DNA from: Bdellovibrionales bacterium | GTDB taxonomy: Bacteria; Bdellovibrionota; Bdellovibrionia; Bdellovibrionales; JAGQZY01 | Assembly (NCBI GenBank): GCA_964230645.1 | Contig: CAXRHT010000002.1 | Span: 1,728,001 to 1,792,000 of the forward strand | DNA length: 64,000 nucleotides | Reading direction: 5' to 3' | Part shown: positions 1 to 9,553 of the stretch, piece after piece | How the letters are laid out: the number at the start of each line of letters is the position of its first letter | Numbering within the stretch: the first letter of the stretch is position 1 | The notes under the pieces: generated by a model | What the model saw: the letters and a program-made list of their open reading frames with translations, nothing else | What the model was told of the DNA's origin: nothing | The model's database searches: none | Made by a program: the position numbers and the translations under genes

Positions 1-125
1 TTTTTATCCAGGAGTTCACACATTTGGGTGTTGCCTTTGGCTTTTTCCAGAGCTTCTCTATAGATCCAGGGATGGCCTCTGAGGACGTTCTTTCGCAAAT
101 CGCGCTTTAATCGTAGCTTCAACAT
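1..125 (-). CDS. N-terminus of RlmI/PUA-domain class I SAM-dependent rRNA methyltransferase (runs off window start)
   Basis: Manual translation from ATG at 125: MLKLRLKRDLRKNVLRGHPWIYREALEK...; the GHPWIY motif is typical of the RlmI/YccW N-terminus; not in ORF track. Confidence 0.7.
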   Translation of the reverse strand, partial: MLKLRLKRDLRKNVLRGHPWIYREALEKAKGNTQMCELLDK

Positions 126-219
126 AGCTCACTTCCTATCTTCAACCCCTTGGGAAGTCAAAAAAGGTCTTGAGACCCTGGCTTTCTTTTCAATCTTGAT
201 TGCAGTATACAAAGAGGGG

Positions 220-618
220 ATGGAAGAAAGCCAAGCGATTCTCTTTTTTGATGGACACTGTAATCTGTGTAACAGCACGGTGGACTTTCTGATTCAAAGA
301 GATCCCGAAATTCGCCTGAAATTTGCTCCCTTACAAGGAGAAACAGCCAAGAAATGTCTGGACTCGGAGCTAATCCAGTCTCAAGGCACCGTCGTATTTT
401 GGCGAGAGGGACACACTTATTTGCGTTCAAAAGCGATATTTAAGGTGGCTCATCTATTGGGTGGCTCTTTAAGTCTGATTTTGCCTTTTCAAATTCTTCC
501 CCGCTTTATCACAGACGCCGGTTATCGGTTGGTGGCAAAGTACCGCTACCGAATTTTTGGTAAAAAAGACACCTGCCGGGTCCCGACCGAAAAAGAGAGA
601 AAACACTTCCTCCCCTAA
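220..618 (+). CDS. DCC1/DUF393 thiol-disulfide oxidoreductase family protein
   Basis: FDGHCNLC (DxxCxxC) N-terminal motif, C-terminal RYRIFGK..C; ATG at 220 after GAGGGG. Confidence 0.9.
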   Translation: MEESQAILFFDGHCNLCNSTVDFLIQRDPEIRLKFAPLQGETAKKCLDSELIQSQGTVVFWREGHTYLRSKAIFKVAHLLGGSLSLILPFQILPRFITDAGYRLVAKYRYRIFGKKDTCRVPTEKERKHFLP

Positions 619-788
619 CCAGAGAAATTCGGCGTCAAATCACCTTTCAAATAGCTTTAATCGGCCTCTATCCTCATTCTAACCAAAATAAAAAATATCT
701 TTTGGAATATTTAGGTCTAATTTCGGTAACAGGTGTGGACAAGTGTATGAAAGCTGTTTAAATTGATCTTTTTTCAAGGAAATAACTC

Positions 789-2594
789 ATGTCTGTACCT
801 ATTCGTAATATCGCTATCATTGCTCACGTTGACCATGGAAAAACCACTCTCGTGGATCACCTTCTCAAACAAAGCGGAACCTTTCGTGAAAATGCGGAAG
901 TGGATGAACGCTTCATGGATAGTATGGACCTTGAAAGAGAGCGTGGAATCACGATTGCCGCTAAAAACGCCTCTTTTATGTATAAAGATATCAAAGTAAA
1001 TATTGTAGATACCCCCGGGCACAGTGACTTCGGTGGAGAGGTCGAAAGAATCCTCGATATGGTCGATGGAGCGATCCTTTTGGTGGATGCCAGTGAAGGT
1101 CCTCTACCACAGACCCGTTTTGTGCTTGAAAAGGCTCTTAAGAAAAATATCAAGATTCTTGTTTGTATTAATAAAATTGATCGCCCTGACGCTCGAATTG
1201 ATGAAGTTCATAACGAAATTTTTGACCTCTTTATTGATCTTGATGCCACAGAAGAGCAAGCCGACTTTGACACCCTCTACGCCATTGGTAAAGACGGGAT
1301 GGCGACTGAAGATCCTGAAAAACCAACGGAAAACTTAGAAGTTCTTTACGACTGGATCGTTGAAAAAATCCCGGCTCCAGAAGCAACAGTCGATGGTCCA
1401 CTGCAACTGCTTGTCGCCAATATCGACTACGACGATTACGTGGGCCGACTCGCTATCGGAAGAATTCGCTCAGGCTCTATTAAAGTAGGCCAAGAAATTA
1501 TGGTGTGTCAGGAAAACGCCAATAAAAAAATTAAAGTCAGTGCCCTCTTTAAATACCAAGCCAGCCAGAAAGTAAAAACCGATGAGCTTTTTGCAGGAGA
1601 CATCGCCATTGTCGCTGGTTTTGAAGAAATCTTTATTGGGGACACTCTCACGGAAGTTAATAACCCTCAGCCTCTTGAAAGACTCAAAGTCGATGAGCCC
1701 ACAGTCGCCGTGATCGTATCGGTGAACGATGGGCCTTTTGCAGGACTTGAAGGAAAACAGGTGACCAGTCGAAAGATTAAAGAGCGTCTTGAAAGAGAAC
1801 TTCTTTTTAATGTCGCCATCCGTGTCGAAGACACAGAATCACCAGAGAGCTTTAAAGTCCTAGGCCGTGGAGAGCTTCAACTTTCAGTCCTTTTTGAACA
1901 AATGCGCCGGGAAGGATTTGAACTCCTTGTCAGCAAACCTCAAGTTCTTATGCACAAAGAAGATGGCGTCCTAAAAGAGCCAATGGAAATGGCTGTTATC
2001 GATGTTGAGCAGGATTACGTAGGTGCTGTTACAGAAAAAATGGGACTTCGAAAAGGAGTTCTTTTAAATATTGATAACAAAGGCTCTGGAAGAACTCGTA
2101 TTGAATTCCGCATTCCGGCCCGTGGCCTCATTGGTTATCGTTCAGAGTTTCTTACTGACACCAGAGGTACAGGCCTTCTCAATACTTATTTTGATGGATT
2201 CGATGACTACCGAGGTGAAATCGAAGGGCGAAGAAGTGGAGCGATTATTTCAGACCGTAAAGGTGTTGCCACAGCTTATGCTATTTTTGGCCTAGAAGAC
2301 CGCGGAAGCATGTTTATTCAAAATGGTACCAAAGTTTATATGGGAATGATTATTGGGGAAGCTAATAAAGCAACAGACCTTAACGTGAATATTTGTCGCG
2401 AGAAAAAGCTCACCAACGTTCGAGCCTCTGGAAACGATGAAGGCATTAAACTCACTCCCCCAAGAAAGCTCTCCCTTGAAGCCGCTCTTGAGTGGGTTAA
2501 AGACAATGAGCTTATCGAGATCACTCCGCAAAACATACGCTTAAGATGTCGCGAGCTCGACCCCAATAAGCGTAAGGTTAAAAAGGAAAAGTAA
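789..2594 (+). CDS. typA: Translational GTPase TypA/BipA
   Basis: IAHVDHGKTT, DTPGHSDFGGEVER, NKID, GRGELQL; 601 aa. Confidence 0.98.
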   Translation: MSVPIRNIAIIAHVDHGKTTLVDHLLKQSGTFRENAEVDERFMDSMDLERERGITIAAKNASFMYKDIKVNIVDTPGHSDFGGEVERILDMVDGAILLVDASEGPLPQTRFVLEKALKKNIKILVCINKIDRPDARIDEVHNEIFDLFIDLDATEEQADFDTLYAIGKDGMATEDPEKPTENLEVLYDWIVEKIPAPEATVDGPLQLLVANIDYDDYVGRLAIGRIRSGSIKVGQEIMVCQENANKKIKVSALFKYQASQKVKTDELFAGDIAIVAGFEEIFIGDTLTEVNNPQPLERLKVDEPTVAVIVSVNDGPFAGLEGKQVTSRKIKERLERELLFNVAIRVEDTESPESFKVLGRGELQLSVLFEQMRREGFELLVSKPQVLMHKEDGVLKEPMEMAVIDVEQDYVGAVTEKMGLRKGVLLNIDNKGSGRTRIEFRIPARGLIGYRSEFLTDTRGTGLLNTYFDGFDDYRGEIEGRRSGAIISDRKGVATAYAIFGLEDRGSMFIQNGTKVYMGMIIGEANKATDLNVNICREKKLTNVRASGNDEGIKLTPPRKLSLEAALEWVKDNELIEITPQNIRLRCRELDPNKRKVKKEK

Positions 2595-2600
2595 GCAATC

Positions 2601-2755
2601 TGTCATTCTGAGCGAAGCGAAGAATCTTCCCGCGCTAGAATGTCAGTTAGGCCTGCTTTCGAGTGACCCGGGCTAAGATCCTTCGGCTACGCCTCAGGAT
2701 GACAAAACACCCTACGCCTCAGGATGACGAAACGCCCTATGCCTCAGGATGACAA
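2601..2755. repeat. REP-like inverted-repeat element (TGTCATTCTGAGCGAAGCGAAGAATCTT ... AAGATCCTTCGGCTACGCCTCAGGATGACA) plus two extra 25-bp tandem arm copies
   Basis: Imperfect inverted arms 2601-2628 and 2675-2704; CTAYGCCTCAGGATGAC units start at 2687, 2712 and 2737; lies between convergent genes. Confidence 0.85.
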
Positions 2756-2765
2756 TTGTCGGATT

Positions 2766-3374
2766 TCACAGTTCTTCGAGATCAAGACCTTCAAGGGAGC
2801 CTTGTTTGACTTTATTATAGTACTCTTGGCGAGCCTGATTGAGCCTTTGATTAAGACCATCAACCTCATCAAGATACTGAGTGAGTTTTGTTTTAAAATC
2901 ACCATTTAAAACTTCTTGAATGGAAGAAATCTCAGCACCTAATTTTTTGATCTGTGTGTTTCTGGCTTCAATAAATTCGGCTTCCGCTAAAAGACCTCCA
3001 AACACAGAGTTTTCTTTTAAGTTCACAACCGTTTCTTTTAATTTAGTATTCTTATCGGTGAGTTCTTGGTTGGATTGGCTGAGCTCTTTAATCTGCTGAT
3101 TTTTATCGTCGATAATATTTTTGAGTTGTTTCTCCCCTTCTTTTAAAGAAGCGATATCAAACCTTAGCTGTTCTTTTTCCTCTTTTAACTTATCAAACTT
3201 CGATTGCAGAACAGAGAGTTTAGCTTTGGACTGATTGTGAGCAATGGTTCTTTGATTGAGGAAAAATTCCAACTCCGCAATAAAGGACTTCATTTCTCGG
3301 TGCATTTTAAATGTGAGAAAAATTAAGCCTGCAAAGGCGGCTGCAAAAATATAAATGAAAGTTGTCATATCCAC
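2766..3374 (-). CDS. Membrane-anchored coiled-coil hypothetical protein
   Basis: N-terminal hydrophobic helix followed by K/E/Q/L-rich heptad-like sequence; AAGGAG upstream. Confidence 0.75.
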   Translation of the reverse strand: MDMTTFIYIFAAAFAGLIFLTFKMHREMKSFIAELEFFLNQRTIAHNQSKAKLSVLQSKFDKLKEEKEQLRFDIASLKEGEKQLKNIIDDKNQQIKELSQSNQELTDKNTKLKETVVNLKENSVFGGLLAEAEFIEARNTQIKKLGAEISSIQEVLNGDFKTKLTQYLDEVDGLNQRLNQARQEYYNKVKQGSLEGLDLEEL

Positions 3375-3433
3375 GGACTCACTCCTTCTTTTCCAAAGAC
3401 TTCCGTCTTTAATCCTTTTCTTCTTCTATCTGC

Positions 3434-3461
3434 TAATCGGTTTCCTCCTATTCTAGTTTTA
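3434..3461 (-). promoter_or_regulatory. Putative sigma28/FliA promoter TAAA-N16-ACCGATTA
   Basis: Read on minus strand about 60 nt upstream of the coiled-coil gene. Confidence 0.45.
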
Positions 3462-3672
3462 GCCCTTGGGCTGAAATCCGCCTTTTCGTCGGGTTAAAAA
3501 GCCGCTAAAATCGATAACTTGTAAGATCTGTGAGGCTTAGGTCCTCCTTTAGTCCTCTCAGTTCTCCACTTTCCAAAACTCTTGACGCCTGCCCAAGACT
3601 AACGCATAGCAAGTCCTGTTGTGGAAAAACCACTTCTGTTGGTAGTTTTATGCAATCACTTTAGGGGGAAAT

Positions 3673-5640
3673 ATGAAATCAACGACCATTCAACCCAACA
3701 AAGAATTTTCAGATAAAGCCCACATTTCATCTATGGATGAGTATAACAAACTCTATGACCAATCCGTTGAAAACCCTGCCGAGTTTTGGGCCAAGATCGC
3801 TCGCGAGAATTTTTACTGGGAAAAAGATTTCGAAGAAATTCTTGATTTCAATTATGACCGTAACAAGGGCCCTATTAAAATTGAATGGTTCAAGGGTGGT
3901 AAAACCAACCTTTCTTACAATTGCATTGACCGACATTTAAAAGATCACGCCGATCGAACGGCTCTAATTTTTGAAGGTAACGACCCTAGTGATTCCTACA
4001 AGATGTCTTATAAGGAACTTCATCATGAGGTCTGTAAACTCGCCAATGTTTTAAAAGATCAAGGTGTTAAAAAAGGCGACCGCGTGGCTCTTTATATGCC
4101 AATGGTGAATGAGGCTGTTGTTGCCACTCTGGCTTGCGCAAGAATTGGAGCTGTTCACTCGATTGTGTTTGGTGGTTTCTCCGCTGACTCTTTAGCCGAT
4201 AGAATCCTTGATTCAAAGTGTGAAGTTCTGATCACCGCTGATGGTTGTTTTCGAGGCGAAAAACTCATTCCCACTAAAAAAATCAGTGATAAGGCCATGG
4301 GTATCTGTGAACAGAATGATTTTAAAGTGAAAAGTTGCATTTGCCTGCAAAGGCTTGGAGATCGCTATCCTGAAAAAGTGGAAATGCAAAATGGTCGAGA
4401 CCACTGGTGGCATGACCTGATGGCAAAAGTCACCGATGAGTGCGAGCCAGAGTGGATGGATGCAGAAGATCCTCTTTTTATTCTTTACACTTCAGGCTCG
4501 ACTGGAAAGCCAAAGGGTGTCCTGCATACAACCGGTGGTTATATGGTCTACACCGCCACAACTTTCAAGTTTGTCTTCGACTACCAACCTGACGATGTGT
4601 ACTGGTGTACGGCTGATGTCGGTTGGATTACAGGACATTCTTATATCGCTTATGGCCCTCTAGCCAATTGTGCCACTCAAGTGGTGTTTGAAGGTATCCC
4701 GACTTATCCAGACGCTGGCCGCTTTTGGGAAGTGGTGGATAAACATCAAGTCTCTTTATTTTACACCGCTCCAACAGCCATTCGCGCTATCGCTTGTAAC
4801 GGTGACGATTTGGTCAAAAAACATTCAAGAAAAAGCCTGAGACTTTTGGGATCTGTGGGCGAGCCCATCAATCCGGAAGCTTGGAAGTGGTACTATGAAG
4901 TGGTTGGAGAAAGCCGCTGCCCGATTGTGGATACTTGGTGGCAAACCGAAACCGGTGGAATCTTGTTAACCTCTCTTCCCGGTGCCACTCCAATGAAGCC
5001 AGGATCAGCCACCTTTCCTTTTTTCGGAGGTCAACCAGCACTCCTCGAACCTACAGAAGGGACAGAGTTAAATGGCGCTGCCTCTGGGGTCCTGGCTTTT
5101 AAACACCCATGGCCTGGACAAATGAGATCCGTCTACGGGGATCATGAACGTTTTGAAAAAACCTATTTCGATCAATATAAAGGTTATTATTTTACTGGTG
5201 ACGGCTGCACAAGAGATGAAGACGGCTATTACTGGGTCACGGGGAGAGTGGATGATGTTATGAACATCTCTGGTCACCGCATTGGTACGGCTGAAATTGA
5301 AAGCTCTCTCGTGGCTCACAAAGCAGTGGCTGAGGCGGCCGTCGTTGGGATTCCTCATGAAATCAAAGGTCAAGGGATCTATGCCTATGTGACTTTAAAT
5401 AAGGATTTCGAATATTCGGAAGGTTTGAAAAAAGAGCTCAATGATCATGTTCGTAACGATATAGGCGCTTTTGCCAGTTGTGAAACCATCCATTGGGCAC
5501 CGGAGCTTCCAAAAACTCGCAGTGGTAAAATCATGCGTCGTATTTTAAGAAAAATTGCCACTCATGAAGAAGAGCAACTAGGAGATGTGACCACTCTAGC
5601 CGACCCAACAGTGATCGATCGCCTTTTAGAAAACCGCTAG
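3673..5640 (+). CDS. acs: Acetyl-CoA synthetase (acetate--CoA ligase)
   Basis: [31 protein letters not shown]. Confidence 0.97.
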   Translation: MKSTTIQPNKEFSDKAHISSMDEYNKLYDQSVENPAEFWAKIARENFYWEKDFEEILDFNYDRNKGPIKIEWFKGGKTNLSYNCIDRHLKDHADRTALIFEGNDPSDSYKMSYKELHHEVCKLANVLKDQGVKKGDRVALYMPMVNEAVVATLACARIGAVHSIVFGGFSADSLADRILDSKCEVLITADGCFRGEKLIPTKKISDKAMGICEQNDFKVKSCICLQRLGDRYPEKVEMQNGRDHWWHDLMAKVTDECEPEWMDAEDPLFILYTSGSTGKPKGVLHTTGGYMVYTATTFKFVFDYQPDDVYWCTADVGWITGHSYIAYGPLANCATQVVFEGIPTYPDAGRFWEVVDKHQVSLFYTAPTAIRAIACNGDDLVKKHSRKSLRLLGSVGEPINPEAWKWYYEVVGESRCPIVDTWWQTETGGILLTSLPGATPMKPGSATFPFFGGQPALLEPTEGTELNGAASGVLAFKHPWPGQMRSVYGDHERFEKTYFDQYKGYYFTGDGCTRDEDGYYWVTGRVDDVMNISGHRIGTAEIESSLVAHKAVAEAAVVGIPHEIKGQGIYAYVTLNKDFEYSEGLKKELNDHVRNDIGAFASCETIHWAPELPKTRSGKIMRRILRKIATHEEEQLGDVTTLADPTVIDRLLENR

Positions 5641-6092
5641 TTATTTAAGTACTCCAAGAGATCCCTTGTTTCCCGGCAATAAAGTTCCAATTCCACTTTG
5701 TTGTTTAATGAGGGGTCTCTAAGTTTCGCGAGCTCGCTTAACTGCATTATCGCTCCCCACAGATTTTCCCCCATGTAAACCATACTGGTATAAGCTCTTT
5801 GCTCTTCATGAATCCAAGAGAGAAAAATTGTGCTCCCTTTCATATCAAAGCGCGTTTTTTCAATTTCTTCTGCTTGATAAATAACGACATCGGGTCCCAC
5901 CGCCGGCTTTGAAACTACGTACGACTTCTCTTCTTCTTTATTATAGTAGACATCAACGAAGACCTCTGAGCCTTGCTGAAAATTGGGATCCATTGGATTT
6001 ATGGGAGTGTAGCAGCGAAAGATTTTCTCATAGTCCTGAGCCTGCACTAAACTTGAACATAAAATCAAAGTAGTTACTAAAATAGCTTTCAT
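5637..6092 (-). CDS. Secreted hypothetical protein
   Basis: Signal peptide [24 protein letters not shown] before ATG at 6092. Confidence 0.7.
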   Translation of the reverse strand: MKAILVTTLILCSSLVQAQDYEKIFRCYTPINPMDPNFQQGSEVFVDVYYNKEEEKSYVVSKPAVGPDVVIYQAEEIEKTRFDMKGSTIFLSWIHEEQRAYTSMVYMGENLWGAIMQLSELAKLRDPSLNNKVELELYCRETRDLLEYLNN

Positions 6093-6135
6093 TGTATATC
6101 TCCTGTTGGACTTCCTAATAGACACATTTTTGTTC

Positions 6136-6295
6136 GTCTCCTTGAGTGACAGCGTCTGTTTGTCATCTTGAGCGATAGCGCCTATTCGTCATCTTGAGCG
6201 ATAGCGAAAGATCTTTCGCTGACGCTCAAGATGACAATTCCCCGCTCAAGATGACATTTCCCCACTCAAGATGACGATTCCCCACTAAAGTTGAC
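6136..6295. repeat. REP-like palindrome GTCATCTTGAGCGATAGCGAAAGATCTTTCGCTGACGCTCAAGATGAC with tandem arm copies on both sides
   Basis: 48-bp core 6188-6235; left copies at 6136 and 6162 (26-bp period); right copies at 6243, 6263 and 6283 (20-bp period). Confidence 0.9.
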
Positions 6296-6372
6296 ATCTC
6301 CACGAACCTACCCCTTGCTCGAAGCTGATTTAAGTTAAAACCTTTATTTAGAAAGTTTTATAGACCCATTCG

Positions 6373-7710
6373 TCACTTAGAGTTTTTATTGGCCTCTAAA
6401 TTTTCCATCAAGCAGTGGACTTTGCAGGCCTGAAAATAAAGCTTGTGAAACGGCCTTGAAATGTCATGCTTTTTTGAACCCAGTCCCGCTAACAGATTGG
6501 TTAAAGAAAAGTAAATAATTAGAACGAGGAGGTAGCGGCCTAGTTTCTCTCCGGTTTCCCTCTTCTGACTCCATTCATTGAACTTCAATAAGAGGGGGAA
6601 TAAAGCCATGGGCCAAATGTAAAGCAAATGCCAGTATATTGGGAGTGTGGGAGCAATTCCTGTTGCGATCAAAGCCGAAACAAAAGCGGTAATAGGATAG
6701 ATGGCAAACCACTCTTTTGCAGATCTCATTTTGTATTTAAAAATGTTGAGTTTACTTTTATGCTTTTTATAAAACTGATAGTTCACATAAAAAGAAAGGC
6801 CCACACCGATCGCCCCAATGAGATACTTCACACCCGTCCACAGGACTTTCATAGTCACTTCAAGACTCTCCACTCCCATCCACGAAAAATTGAGCTGATG
6901 AAACACATGGGTTTGAAAAATGCTGGAACCGAACAAAATCCAGTACCAGAAACCTTTAAGCAGTGGGTAGACATTTATTAACCCAAAAAATAAATAGCCT
7001 TTCCCGTCTCCACTTCCGGGTTGGGGAAAGATACTTGGATCTTCAAGACCTGCAAGGATGTAGGGAATAAGAGAAGCTAAACCTAAAATAATTCCACTCA
7101 GAGTACCAAGGAGATGGGGCTTTAATGCCTTCATCCATAAAAGCATCATTGTCATAAAAAAGAGAATCACAAAAGAGGGATGAATCTGTAAGCCCAAAAA
7201 CAGGCTCAAGCCATGCAGAACACTAAACTTAAACGAGGCTTTTTGAGAGAGTTTATAAGCCGACCAGAGATGGAGAGCCGAGGCAAAATAAATATATCCG
7301 GGATTCCAAAGAAAAACCTCACTCATTCTCCAGGGGTTGAGCCAAAAGACCACCACAACTGCCATGAGGGCCATTGGGGTGAGATAATCCTTGAAAGAGT
7401 CATAGAACATTAAAAATGCTAAAAAGTGTAAAAAAGCTAGAAAAGTCAAAGCCGCCCAAGGAGAGAACCACAACTTCATGGGAAGGCCGGTGCTGAGAGT
7501 GAGAAAAGCGCCTGGGATATTGCCACTGGCTCCACTGGAAGAAACATTTCCATAGGGAATAAGATTATCTGCGGTCACTAATTGATGGGCTTTATCCAGT
7601 ATTTGAATCACATCCCCATCAATGAAATGGCCGTAGCCGTAAAGTGCGGTCAAAAGAAAACCAAGTAATATCAGAAACTTACTGATGGTATTTGCATTTT
7701 TTAAATTCAT
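6373..7710 (-). CDS. Polytopic membrane protein, probable GT-C (ArnT/PMT-like) glycosyltransferase
   Basis: About 10 or more hydrophobic segments; acidic IDGD in first loop after TM1; WNP and QIH motifs; divergent from a GT2 gene; start uncertain (7710-7758). Confidence 0.6.
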   Translation of the reverse strand: MNLKNANTISKFLILLGFLLTALYGYGHFIDGDVIQILDKAHQLVTADNLIPYGNVSSSGASGNIPGAFLTLSTGLPMKLWFSPWAALTFLAFLHFLAFLMFYDSFKDYLTPMALMAVVVVFWLNPWRMSEVFLWNPGYIYFASALHLWSAYKLSQKASFKFSVLHGLSLFLGLQIHPSFVILFFMTMMLLWMKALKPHLLGTLSGIILGLASLIPYILAGLEDPSIFPQPGSGDGKGYLFFGLINVYPLLKGFWYWILFGSSIFQTHVFHQLNFSWMGVESLEVTMKVLWTGVKYLIGAIGVGLSFYVNYQFYKKHKSKLNIFKYKMRSAKEWFAIYPITAFVSALIATGIAPTLPIYWHLLYIWPMALFPLLLKFNEWSQKRETGEKLGRYLLVLIIYFSLTNLLAGLGSKKHDISRPFHKLYFQACKVHCLMENLEANKNSK

Positions 7711-7790
7711 GAGAGGCATCTTAATCCATGCTCCGCTCATAGACAAGAGAGCGGTCATAAGATAACTATGTCAGAACACTGGAGTTTTAC

Positions 7791-8522
7791 TTGCAAAAAA
7801 AGACAATGTTGGTGGTTCCCTGCTTTAACGAAGAAGACCGCCTTCATCCTCAGACATTTATTGATGCCCTTGATAGAGACCCTAGTCTCCATTGGCTTTT
7901 TGTCGATGACGGCTCCAAGGATCGAACGGCAGTGATCATCGAGTCTATGAAAGCCCAGTTTCCCGAACGCATTTTTCTTCACCAACTCTCTAAAAACAGC
8001 GGGAAAGGCGAAGCTGTTCGACAAGGACTTGTGCAGGCCGTGGAACATCAAGCGACTCTGACGGGCTATTATGATGCCGATCTGGCCACTCCGATGGACG
8101 AAGTCTTTCGCCTTATGAAGATTTTTGAGCGCCAACAGGTCAAAGTTCTTCTTGGAGCCCGAGTTTTTCTTCTAGGGAGAAACATTGATCGTAAGCGTTG
8201 GCGCTTTTGGTTGGGGCGATGTTTTGCTCTGATTGCCTCTCAAATGTTGAAACTTAAAGTTTACGACACACAATGTGGAATGAAGTTGATCTCTAATTTC
8301 GACAAATTTGAACAGTGCATAGAAAAGCCCTTTGTTTCAAGTTGGCTTTTTGATGTTGAACTCATTCAACGAATGTTGACCGAAGGGGGCTTAGAGCTCA
8401 CCGACTTTTTTGAAGAACCGCTCAGAGCTTGGACGGATGTGGGAGGCTCCAAAGTAAAAGCCAAAGCTTTTTTGGTCGCTCTTTTAGATCTAGTGAAAAT
8501 TAAAATGAGGTCTTTGAAATAG
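7791..8522 (+). CDS. GT2 glycosyltransferase, polyprenyl/dolichyl-phosphate sugar synthase-like
   Basis: VPCFNEE, VDDGSKD, GKGEAVR, DADL, DTQCG, WLFDVE motifs. Confidence 0.88.
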   Translation: MQKKTMLVVPCFNEEDRLHPQTFIDALDRDPSLHWLFVDDGSKDRTAVIIESMKAQFPERIFLHQLSKNSGKGEAVRQGLVQAVEHQATLTGYYDADLATPMDEVFRLMKIFERQQVKVLLGARVFLLGRNIDRKRWRFWLGRCFALIASQMLKLKVYDTQCGMKLISNFDKFEQCIEKPFVSSWLFDVELIQRMLTEGGLELTDFFEEPLRAWTDVGGSKVKAKAFLVALLDLVKIKMRSLK

Positions 8523-8523
8523 T

Positions 8524-9519
8524 ATGGCTAAGCGAGCTCTTGTTGTCCGTTTTAGCGCTCTTGGCGATTTGGTTTTAACCACTGGCCCCCTCCACCACTT
8601 AAAAAAGAACTACCCTGGTGTCGAATTTGATTTTCTCACGTCCAACATAGGTGAGGAAATCTTCATTAACTCTATTGAATTTGATAACATCTACAGAGTT
8701 CCTAAAGGTTCCGGAATTATTGATCTGACTCGTGTTTACACTCAACTCCCACGCTACGATATGGTTCTTGATTTACAAAATAACTTTAAATCTCATTTTT
8801 TAAAATGGTTTGTACGAGCCAAATATTTTCGCGTTACCAAACATTCTAAAGAGCGTCGCGCCTTTGTTAAAAATAGAAGCTACCGTGAAGTTTTAGATCA
8901 GCATGTGGTTGAGAAGTACTACAAAGTCTTTAAAGAAGCCTTTGAGCTTCCTGATCTTGATGTTGAGGAATTAAGACCTCGCTTTCACACCCAGAAAATC
9001 ACAATTGATGAAAAGTCTTTTAATCTCTCTGAAGCCGTCGTCATTCACCCCTACGCTAGCCAGAAAAACAAAGAGTGGCCCTATGTCGCTGATTTAGTCG
9101 ACCAACTTATTCTCTCTAAAACTCCCGTAATTATAATTGGTTCCTCTGATGTGGAAGTCACTTTGCCCGAGAGTGATTTGATCTTAAACCTCACCAATAG
9201 AACTTCCATTCGCGAAATGGCCTCGTTTTTATCGCAAGCCAAGGGATTGATTACGACTGATTCAGGGCCCATGCATTTAGGTATTGCTGTAAACACTCCC
9301 ACACTGGCTATTTTCGGTCCAACCACCAAGGAATTTGGTTTCTATCCCGTTTTCAATCGCACCGAAGTTGTGGAAATCGAAGATTTAGAATGTCGCCCTT
9401 GCCATGTGCACGGTGGCGATATCTGTCCTAAGGAGCATCACAATTGTGTGACCCAGATTTCCGTGGAACGTGTTTTGGACGCTTTCAAAAAAGTCGCTCC
9501 CGGTCCATTTAATTTTTAA
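8524..9519 (+). CDS. GT9 ADP-heptose:LPS heptosyltransferase family
   Basis: RFSALGD, DSGPMH, FGPT, CRPC motifs. Confidence 0.9.
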   Translation: MAKRALVVRFSALGDLVLTTGPLHHLKKNYPGVEFDFLTSNIGEEIFINSIEFDNIYRVPKGSGIIDLTRVYTQLPRYDMVLDLQNNFKSHFLKWFVRAKYFRVTKHSKERRAFVKNRSYREVLDQHVVEKYYKVFKEAFELPDLDVEELRPRFHTQKITIDEKSFNLSEAVVIHPYASQKNKEWPYVADLVDQLILSKTPVIIIGSSDVEVTLPESDLILNLTNRTSIREMASFLSQAKGLITTDSGPMHLGIAVNTPTLAIFGPTTKEFGFYPVFNRTEVVEIEDLECRPCHVHGGDICPKEHHNCVTQISVERVLDAFKKVAPGPFNF

Positions 9520-9553
9520 AGACATCTCGCTTCTTTATAAGCTTTGATCCAAA

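Noticed and set aside
6136..6295. Short regularly spaced repeats (also 2687-2755 and 15315-15428) as a CRISPR array
   Set aside because: Periods are only 20-26 bp with 5-10 nt linkers, repeats invert around a central palindrome, and no cas genes are present; REP-like instead
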